From a virus (lineage: Duplodnaviria; Heunggongvirae; Uroviricota; Caudoviricetes), in the IMG/VR virus record IMGVR_UViG_2728369554_000008, positions 1 to 12,160 of that record: a DNA stretch of 12,160 nucleotides; one strand, given 5' to 3'. A program made the translations under genes and the position numbers. The notes beneath the pieces are model-generated. The model saw only the letters and a list, made by a program, of their open reading frames with translations. It had not been told where the DNA came from and did not search any database. Positions 1 to 6,451 of the stretch are shown here, in pieces; the first letter of the stretch is position 1, and every line of letters starts with the position of its first letter.

Positions 1-339
1 TTATAATTTGTTACTGTGCCACTCAAGGGCAATATCTTTGAAGGTGTTGTTTAACTGCGTTTCCCGGGCAATCTTTTCCTCTCGCTTCACTTCCATCAGA
101 TCGATTCCCCCAGAGATACCTCTTTTAGCTTCTTCAAGTTTTGCAGGAGCATCAGCTAAGGTGACCTCAGGATACACACCTAGTGCTAACAGCTTCTCTT
201 TACCAGCTACACGATACTTGAGACGCCAATATTCTCCTCCACCAGGTTTTACCAGGAGGTACAGACCACCACCATCAGCCAACTTGTAAGCCTTCTCTTT
301 TGGCTTGGCAGTGTCTATTTGACGGGCATTGAGTTTCAC
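1..339 (-). CDS. P4-type tyrosine integrase, N-terminal arm-type DNA-binding domain only (112 aa; probably a truncated remnant)
   Basis: Minus-strand ORF starting at GTG 337-339 with GGAG about 9 nt upstream; the complement of positions 1-3 is TAA. Translation MKLNARQIDTAKPKEKAYKLADGGGLYLLVKPGGGEYWRLKYR...EWHSNKL matches the conserved N-terminus of P4-family integrases, which are normally about 400 aa, so the catalytic domain is missing from this frame. Confidence 0.7.
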   Translation of the reverse strand: MKLNARQIDTAKPKEKAYKLADGGGLYLLVKPGGGEYWRLKYRVAGKEKLLALGVYPEVTLADAPAKLEEAKRGISGGIDLMEVKREEKIARETQLNNTFKDIALEWHSNKL

Positions 340-493
340 TTGGGGGTATCTCCACTAAACTGAACAGCAAATCCCCTCAATTGCTTGTAGAGTTTGGGGT
401 ACTTAAATAGACGTCAAAAGACTAAAAGGGGCATTAATATACTGATTATAAGAGGTTTTTAAATACTTGAGTAGACTTGGGGAGACGTTAGAA

Positions 494-537
494 TGGTGCG
501 ATAATAGGAGTCGAACCTACGACCTTCGCATTACGAA
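494..537 (-). other. tRNA 3'-half remnant (tRNA-Thr(CGU)-like); putative attachment-site direct repeat, not a complete tRNA gene
   Basis: Reverse complement of 494-537 reads TTCGTAA-TGCGA-AGGTC-GTAGG-TTCGACT-CCTAT-TATCGC-A-CCA: anticodon loop with CGU, variable loop, T-arm with GGTTCGAnTCC, acceptor 3' strand and CCA. Sequence upstream of the anticodon loop (538-570) has no D-arm or 5' acceptor strand, and the acceptor strand is one nt short of canonical length. Confidence 0.6.
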
Positions 538-898
538 TTATAAGAATCCGCTTCTAATTCAAAGCATTACCCCATCAACACTGCGCTCACACGTCCCACC
601 ACATCAAAACATGTAAAGCCTTGCAAGCCATTGCGAGGCCTTATGTGTCTCAGTTTTGTCCCACCTTGTATTACGACTTGCATAGCCAATGAAGATAAAC
701 GTGACGACAAACGGCGCAGCAGTCTTCTTTTCCTTCATACTTTCCCCACCCAGCATGCATACCTTTATGCCATAACTGAAGTTTATGTCTGTTATGAGCG
801 AGGAGCGGAAGTCCGCAATTGTTCTTGCAACTAGGGCAGCTAAAAGACATGGCAGGCAAATGTCTACATGTAGGATACACCTGCTATCATAAAGAATC

Positions 899-1678
899 TT
901 AGTCCTGAAGCATTTTAACTTTCTTCTCATGCTTTTTATATTCGCCATTTATCCATTCAGGTTCTTCCCGAATAGCTGATCGCATACAGTGTGTTGGGAT
1001 ATCATTCCAGAAAGCTGTAATCGCATCTGCAAACTCTATAAACTGTGTTTCTGTAACCTCAAGTTGCTCATGACGTAGACTAAATCTATAGCCTCCTGGA
1101 ATATTGATATCCTGATAATACTCAGGATGCGCGACGGAAAGCTCCCGATGGGCATGGCCATCACCGTGCTTATAAACATTGACTACTTGGCGACAGGCAT
1201 CGATTTTTTCGTAATAAGCCTTGCCGGTGATATCCATCCCAACCCATTCTAGAATTTCAATTAGCCTTGGGAAGCCGATGTCCCAGATCATCGATGTTAC
1301 GGGTTTAGAGTCGAGCCAATGACTGAATTCACGGATACACTTTTCTCGAAGTTCCTTATCGAACTGGTGAAACATTCCTGCTGTCAGAGCAAGTGAAACC
1401 GTATTTTTCATATCACTGAGGGCAATCCAATGTGAAATTCCTTCATCATAAGCCTGTTCCCAGATAGCCCCCTCGTCGTCATAATCGGGGTCAAAACGCT
1501 TACCGGCGGCCTCATAGTAATCTTTTTCTTTCTGCCGAGCTTCAGCTTCAAGATCAGAATCGCTAAACTGCGAAAATAAACGTTTTCTGGCTTCAGAAAC
1601 ATAAAAATTGTGTTTGTCGAGGAAGTAAGCCCGATCAATGGTTGCAAAATAAAAAAGTGAAAAATCTTTTTCGCTCAT
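899..1678 (-). CDS. Hypothetical acidic protein, about 259 aa, function unknown (accessory cargo)
   Basis: ORF track gives 899-1756. The start is placed at the internal ATG (1676-1678) because GAGGGAG lies 6 nt upstream; the protein then begins MSEKDFSLFYF. It is rich in D/E, has an HGDGHAHRE segment, and matches no structural-phage motif I recognise. A hand count of line 1201-1260 gives 24/60 G+C. Confidence 0.7.
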   Translation of the reverse strand: MSEKDFSLFYFATIDRAYFLDKHNFYVSEARKRLFSQFSDSDLEAEARQKEKDYYEAAGKRFDPDYDDEGAIWEQAYDEGISHWIALSDMKNTVSLALTAGMFHQFDKELREKCIREFSHWLDSKPVTSMIWDIGFPRLIEILEWVGMDITGKAYYEKIDACRQVVNVYKHGDGHAHRELSVAHPEYYQDINIPGGYRFSLRHEQLEVTETQFIEFADAITAFWNDIPTHCMRSAIREEPEWINGEYKKHEKKVKMLQD

Positions 1679-2007
1679 GGGGATCTCCCTCGTTTCGTCA
1701 GTTCTACAAGCCCTTGGAAGTAGGCTGCTAATAAAGAAAAGATTACATTTGAACAACTGTGCAAGATAGCAGTACGCCTAAAGGTAGTGCAAGTATCCCA
1801 ACTAAGGTAACGATGCGTTTTCAAATATATGACTTAACGCTCGCGATATCCGCTTCTGGCACGAGGCGGACAGAACATGTGGACATGACGTCAGCTCTAA
1901 GCGAGGAGCTGATGCTAGCGGGGTAGGTTCAGTACAATCATAGGAGAGATCCAAAGTGTGCAGACACTGACTAAATTAAAGAAAATAGCATCTACGCTAT
2001 ATGGATA

Positions 2008-2928
2008 TTAATAATGTCTATGACGAATATCATTATACGCAGCCTCGGAAAGTTCGAATACCCGATCCAATCCGGAATGGGGTAATTCCACAACCAATCC
2101 CCGCTGAATAAGTTTATCGATCTGCATTAAAGCTATTTTATCTACAATAGATCGAGATAACTTAGGCGTTGCACCCAATAATACAGCTTTATATACTTCC
2201 ATAATTCTTACAATACTAGGCTCCCGATTACTATGCCTTAATTTAATAGCGCGAGTGAAACTAGGAAGCGAAAACTGTCGTCCTGACATGTTAAGTTCAA
2301 CATGTCCATAGAACATGTTAAATAGAATCCTTCGAAGTCCTTCATCAGATGATAAATAATCTATTAATTCTTCTTGTCTCTTTTCTTGAATCCAAGTTCT
2401 AATAAAGAGCCATCCTGATAATAACGATACACATAATAGATAGTATTGCGAATCAGGGAGCTGTAGCCAAGGTCCAATGATTGGGTTATCTTTAGCCGTA
2501 TTGGGAAACGTAAAAAAGAAAGCGCTTAGCGTCGCAAATACTCCTGACCCCAATCGAGGGAGAAATGCACGGGATCGTGTATCACTCCGAACTTCTGACT
2601 TTATTAATGAAGGCGTCAGACTAACAGTCTGAGTTCCTGTCGCAGTAATCACTTTAACCAAATCCATCACTTGTGACATGGGTATCAACTGTTTGTCATT
2701 TTCATCCGTAGATTTCTCAATAGACTGATTATCAATGAATTCTTTTGCTGAATTAAGGTGTTGCCATAGATTTTTTGACTCATCATCAATAAAAATACCA
2801 CTAGTATTGTCTGGATGTATTGATGCCATTTTTCTGACTATTGCCTGGCGTAACCCATTTGGGTCATTTTCCATAACATTAGAAAACTTAAAATATGCAG
2901 CAATTTCTTTATTATTTTTCCAGTCCAT
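2008..2928 (-). CDS. Hypothetical protein with two central hydrophobic segments, about 306 aa, very AT-rich (accessory cargo); start uncertain (2928 or 3003)
   Basis: ORF 2008-3003 in the track. No Shine-Dalgarno precedes the first ATG at 3003; the ATG at 2926-2928 (MDWKNNK) follows an AT-rich promoter-like stretch. Hydrophobic segments LGSGVFATLSAFFFTF and YYLLCVSLLSGWLFI. A hand count of line 2101-2160 gives 19/60 G+C. Confidence 0.65.
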   Translation of the reverse strand: MDWKNNKEIAAYFKFSNVMENDPNGLRQAIVRKMASIHPDNTSGIFIDDESKNLWQHLNSAKEFIDNQSIEKSTDENDKQLIPMSQVMDLVKVITATGTQTVSLTPSLIKSEVRSDTRSRAFLPRLGSGVFATLSAFFFTFPNTAKDNPIIGPWLQLPDSQYYLLCVSLLSGWLFIRTWIQEKRQEELIDYLSSDEGLRRILFNMFYGHVELNMSGRQFSLPSFTRAIKLRHSNREPSIVRIMEVYKAVLLGATPKLSRSIVDKIALMQIDKLIQRGLVVELPHSGLDRVFELSEAAYNDIRHRHY

Positions 2929-3472
2929 AGTAATTCTGCCCAATGAAGTAAAATATAAAATTTTATTTTTTCGTTTAGGTTGAGGTTTAATTAACAAAAG
3001 CATTAATGCTAAATCAAACGATAGTTCGCAATGACAATATAAACGTTTTCAGTGAGTTAAGCAATACTAGGAAATTATGAGACAGATTACGTCGCCTCCA
3101 CCATAATGATTAACGAACCGTACTTTTTGCAAAGTCCGCATCTGGCACATAGCAGACCAGAGACACTGGCGTAAAGCCATGGAGGATCGGTGGGAGGAGG
3201 TAAAAATCCTCTCATGCAAAAAATACGCAAAATCGATAACAGTTGGAAATCATTCAATACTCGCACTATCGAAAGTTCACCAGCCAACCGCAGCGCGTTC
3301 TTGCATACGACGTGGCTGCGGTTTCAACTCCGTCCCCCACCAATCATGATTGGGCAGTACCAGTACAGCACTAGTAAAAACTGGAAATAAGCAGTCTCAG
3401 CAAAATACCGGCCAGACGGTGAGAAGACAAAAAAGATACGCAAAGTAGCCGCGGCCCTTAGTGACATGAAAT

Positions 3473-3492
3473 CCCGCTATACGGGCTTTTTT
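3473..3492 (+). terminator. Candidate intrinsic terminator or attenuator hairpin upstream of the 3568 gene
   Basis: CCCG-CTATA-CGGG stem-loop followed directly by CTTTTTTGT on the plus strand. The stem is short (4 GC pairs), so function is uncertain. Confidence 0.3.
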
Positions 3493-3567
3493 GTATCTGC
3501 ACACGATTGATTATTAGGTCCGTATAGCTAATAGTGGTCTTAACCTACATATAGAATCAGAGACTTT

Positions 3568-4263
3568 ATGAAAAAGGAAATACTCAAGGCTCTTTGCCCT
3601 ACATGCGGTGGGTTACGTAACTGCACTGTGCATGGGAAGCTAACCACTAGCTGGGAGGATTCCCAATATCCAGTTTATGGGTACCATTACCATCACCTAC
3701 TCCAATGCAATGGCTGTGATACTGTCTTCTATCACCACAACGAACACTTCAGTGAGCATACTACCCACGAATATCGTGATGGTGAATTTGTAGAAACGCC
3801 TATAGATATGATCACTACCTATCCTGCCGCTGAAACATTTCAAGCTCCGATATGGTTATCCAAGCTTGAATCAGTTGATCGTCAGCTCTTTCAAATATTT
3901 AATGAAATGTATTCTTCATATACTTCTGACCATTTCATCCTTTCGTCCATCGGTTTACGGACGATTTTTGATCGAACTGCTGAACTGTTACAAATTCACC
4001 CCGGTTTGCCGCTTGGTGAAAAAGTTGAAAAATTAAAACAAGATGGAGTCATAGGCGACACTGAGGCATGCGTTATATCTTCTGTAATTGATGCAGGAAA
4101 CGCCGCCGCACATCGCAGTTGGAGCCCGAATAAAAGTGAGTTCGAACAAATGCTAGAAGCTATAGAAAGTTTTGTCCAAAGAACTATCTTGGGCAAAAAA
4201 TCACTTGAACATATAACCAAACAACTCCCACCTCGGGTTACAAGACCTAAAAATAGTGCATAA
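3568..4263 (+). CDS. Zinc-ribbon plus DUF4145-like domain protein, 231 aa (candidate accessory/defence gene)
   Basis: N-terminus has CPTC (x33) CNGC, a four-cysteine zinc-ribbon pattern. The C-terminus LGEKVEKLKQDGVIGDTEACVISSVIDAGNAAAHRSWSPNKSEFEQMLEAIESFV fits the remembered DUF4145 pattern (L-x-x-K-I-x-x-L, then G-N-x-A-A-H). A hand count of line 3901-3960 gives 22/60 G+C. It is convergent with the invertase gene. Confidence 0.8.
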   Translation: MKKEILKALCPTCGGLRNCTVHGKLTTSWEDSQYPVYGYHYHHLLQCNGCDTVFYHHNEHFSEHTTHEYRDGEFVETPIDMITTYPAAETFQAPIWLSKLESVDRQLFQIFNEMYSSYTSDHFILSSIGLRTIFDRTAELLQIHPGLPLGEKVEKLKQDGVIGDTEACVISSVIDAGNAAAHRSWSPNKSEFEQMLEAIESFVQRTILGKKSLEHITKQLPPRVTRPKNSA

Positions 4264-4289
4264 TCCGCGATCATCAATGTGGCGTAAGG

Positions 4290-4847
4290 TTATGGTTTAC
4301 TTGCTACAGGGAATTTTTTATACACCGTTGAAATACCCAGATCATAAATCAGTGCGACTTGCTGCTGATATATTCCCGATTCAATCAACCTGCCAGCCTG
4401 CTCCCATTGTTCTACTGTCAGCTTTGGCTTTCGCCCACCATTCCTCCCTTCTTGTCGTGCTGCGGCAAAGCCCGCCCTAGTACGTTCGACAATAAGCTCT
4501 CGCTCCATTTCAGCCAGGGCACCCATCACATGAAAGAAAAAGCGCCCCATTGGTGTGCTGGTATCAATAGCATCCGTCAGGCTGCGAAAATTAACGCCAC
4601 GTTCGCGCAACTCCTCCACCAGCACGACAAGATGCCGCATACTGCGCCCCAGTCGGTCCAGTTTCCAGACTACCAGAGTGTCACCTGCTGATAATGTTCT
4701 GAGCAGTTTTTTCAGTCCCGGTCGGTCGGACTTAGTGCCGCTGATCTTATCTTCAAAAATCAGCTCACATCCTGCACACTCCAGCGCATTACGCTGCAAT
4801 TCCGTATTCTGGTCATTTGTTGATACGCGGACATAGCCAATAAGCAT
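4290..4847 (-). CDS. pin: Site-specific DNA invertase, serine recombinase of the Pin/Gin/Hin/Cin family
   Basis: Translation MLIGYVRVSTNDQNT...GDTLVVWKLDRLGRSM...MGRFFFHVMGALAEMERELIVERT with a C-terminal helix-turn-helix: the catalytic Ser in YVRVST and the hallmark motifs of DNA invertases. The start is set at the ATG (4845-4847) preceded by AGGGGA; the track's extension to 4892 is not supported by family alignment. Confidence 0.95.
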   Translation of the reverse strand: MLIGYVRVSTNDQNTELQRNALECAGCELIFEDKISGTKSDRPGLKKLLRTLSAGDTLVVWKLDRLGRSMRHLVVLVEELRERGVNFRSLTDAIDTSTPMGRFFFHVMGALAEMERELIVERTRAGFAAARQEGRNGGRKPKLTVEQWEQAGRLIESGIYQQQVALIYDLGISTVYKKFPVASKP

Positions 4848-4874
4848 GAGCATTCCCCTGAGTAAAAACCGGGG

Positions 4875-5414
4875 ATGATGCCAGTTAGCCATAATCTCTG
4901 CATTTTCTTAAACGTTGGTTTGGGAGAAGGCTCTGCATTACCTGTTGGTGTCCCTGTTCCGTGGCCTTCAGCCACACCGCCAACAGGCTGGCTGAAATGC
5001 AATGGTGCCGCTTTTTCTGCTGAAGAATACCCGGAACTGACAAAGGCTTATCCGACAAATAAATTGCCTGATTTACGTGGTGAGTTTATTCGTGGCTGGG
5101 ATGACGGGCGGGGGATTGATACAGGTCGCTCTATTTTAAGTATTCAGGGGTATGCAACGGAGGATCATGCTCATGGATTACCGTCAAGATCCACGATTGT
5201 GACTGATGCAACGATTAATTTCTATTTTGATGAAAACTGGGTAAATAGTGGCACTGACATTATCAAAAGAGGAAACACAAACGATGCCGGATTACCAGCA
5301 CCGGATTATGGAACCTTTAAAACATATAAACAATCAGTGGCTGGTTTAGGTACCGCAGCCTCAGAAACGCGTCCGCGTAATATTGCATTTAACTATATCG
5401 TAAGGGCAGCCTGA
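4875..5414 (+). CDS. Alternative tail-fibre C-terminal cassette (Sv'-type), currently in the unexpressed orientation; functional coding begins at the crossover site near 4917
   Basis: Translation across the site reads NVGLGEG, matching NLGLGEA in the constant part of the tail-fibre gene at 6812-6837. Downstream motifs WLKCNGAAFSAEEYPELTKAYPTNKLPDLRGEFIRGWDDGRG are typical of Mu/P1/e14-type fibre tips. There is no plausible independent start; the ATG at 4875 lies in the invertase upstream region. Confidence 0.8.
   Translation: MMPVSHNLCIFLNVGLGEGSALPVGVPVPWPSATPPTGWLKCNGAAFSAEEYPELTKAYPTNKLPDLRGEFIRGWDDGRGIDTGRSILSIQGYATEDHAHGLPSRSTIVTDATINFYFDENWVNSGTDIIKRGNTNDAGLPAPDYGTFKTYKQSVAGLGTAASETRPRNIAFNYIVRAA
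4903..4928. repeat. Invertase crossover site 1 (hix/gix-like, 12-2-12)
   Basis: Plus strand TTTTCTTAAACG-TT-GGTTTGGGAGAA. Its reverse complement shares TTCTCCCAAACCAA with site 2, and it lies about 56 bp upstream of the invertase start. Confidence 0.8.
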
Positions 5415-6016
5415 TGCATAAAGCAATATTAAATAGTGAGCTTATTGCAACAAAGGCAGGGGATGTTACCGTTTATAACTACGATGGTGAAACACTGGAA
5501 TATATTTCCACGTCAACTGAATATCTTGCTGTGGGTGTCGGTATTCCGGCATGTTCCTGTCTTGATGCACCTGGCATACATAAGGTTGGTTATGCAATCT
5601 GTCGTTCTGTGAATTTAAATTCATGGGAATATGTGCCAGACCATCGCGGTGAAATCGTCTATAGCACCGAAACAGGAGAATCAAAAGAAATCACAGCTCC
5701 GGGTGATTACCCTGAAAATACAACCACTATCGCCCCTTTATCTCCATACGATAAATGGGATGGTGAGAAATGGGTGACCGATACTGAGGCACAGCATAGC
5801 GCCGCAGTCGAAGCGGCAGAAGCACAACGCCAGTCACTGATTGATGCTGCAATGGCTTCCATTAGTCTGATTCAGCTGAAATTACAAGCCGGACGGAAAC
5901 TGACGCAGGCAGAAACAACCCGACTTAACGCCGTGCTGGATTACATTGACGCGGTGACGGCAACAGATACCAGCACCGCGCCGGATGTCATCTGGCCTGA
6001 ACTGCCGGAGGCGTAG
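5414..6016 (+). CDS. Tail-fibre assembly protein (Tfa/U'-type), partner of the silent fibre cassette
   Basis: Its ATG overlaps the TGA of the preceding cassette (TGATG). The C-terminus LDYIDAVTATDTSTAPDVIWPELPEA parallels the C-terminus of the opposite-strand Tfa, as in paired U/U' chaperones. Confidence 0.85.
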   Translation: MHKAILNSELIATKAGDVTVYNYDGETLEYISTSTEYLAVGVGIPACSCLDAPGIHKVGYAICRSVNLNSWEYVPDHRGEIVYSTETGESKEITAPGDYPENTTTIAPLSPYDKWDGEKWVTDTEAQHSAAVEAAEAQRQSLIDAAMASISLIQLKLQAGRKLTQAETTRLNAVLDYIDAVTATDTSTAPDVIWPELPEA

Positions 6017-6431
6017 GCCATTCAATATCTGGAGCACTGGAGATATCCACCAGTTCCAGTGCGTCCAGGTAATCCAGCCACAAATTATATTGCGCCAGTT
6101 CCTCGCCTTTCAGACGACCAATAGCGGCTTTACCGGGCCATTGTTTACTGTTCATGTATTCGTTGGCCTGGTTAATTAGTAGCTGTCTTTCTGATTCAGT
6201 AATTTCAATAAGCTCTTCATGCGTGGGTGGAGGAATATCTGCCCACGCAGGCAGCCCATCATCTCCGGCAATACGGATTTTTCCTTGTGGCGGTTCAGCC
6301 ATAAACTCACTGATAATATTTTGATTTACTTCCTTAGCGTCTGATAAATCCCATCCCTCTGATTTATATTTATCAATCATATCCACAGGGAAAAAAGCAT
6401 TATGCCTTGCGCTATAAACATATTCGTTCAT
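5988..6431 (-). CDS. Tail-fibre assembly protein (Tfa/U-type), partner of the expressed fibre
   Basis: Start is set at the ATG (6429-6431, MNEYVY) preceded by AGGGTGA; the track begins at an upstream GTG (6440). C-terminus LWLDYLDALELVDISSAPDIEWPTPP. Its 3' end overlaps the convergent Tfa gene by about 29 bp. Confidence 0.85.
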   Translation of the reverse strand: MNEYVYSARHNAFFPVDMIDKYKSEGWDLSDAKEVNQNIISEFMAEPPQGKIRIAGDDGLPAWADIPPPTHEELIEITESERQLLINQANEYMNSKQWPGKAAIGRLKGEELAQYNLWLDYLDALELVDISSAPDIEWPTPPAVQAR

Positions 6432-6451
6432 ATAAATCACCCTGAATAAAA

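Noticed and set aside
494-570. Complete functional tRNA gene on the minus strand
   Set aside because: Only the 3' half (anticodon loop to CCA) is tRNA-like. Sequence 5' of the anticodon loop has no D-arm or complementary acceptor strand, and the acceptor 3' strand is one nt short. It is called an att-type remnant instead.
604-948. ORFs 604-948 (minus) and 631-834 (plus) downstream of the cargo genes
   Set aside because: They overlap each other and the end of the 899-1678 gene, and lack start signals; treated as non-coding spacer.
1408-1647. 79-aa minus-strand ORF inside the 899-1678 gene
   Set aside because: Alternative frame fully embedded in a longer ORF that has a strong ribosome-binding site; no independent support.
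2929-3003. First ATG (3003) as the start of the 2008-3003 ORF
   Set aside because: No ribosome-binding site, and an AT-rich promoter-like stretch lies downstream of it. The start at 2928 is preferred but remains uncertain.
3087-3390. Two 66-aa ORFs (3087-3287 minus, 3190-3390 plus) in the long intergenic region
   Set aside because: They overlap each other on opposite strands, have no properly spaced ribosome-binding site, and show no recognisable motif.
4848-4892. Upstream extension of the invertase ORF (MANWHHPRFLLRGML)
   Set aside because: Invertases of this family start at MLIGYVRVS, and a good Shine-Dalgarno (AGGGGA) precedes that ATG. The extension would run into the crossover-site region.
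4875-4916. ATG-ATG at 4875 as an independent start for the tail-fibre C-terminal cassette
   Set aside because: The cassette is homologous to the expressed fibre only from the crossover site onward and would be expressed by fusion after inversion. The upstream codons lie in the invertase upstream region.
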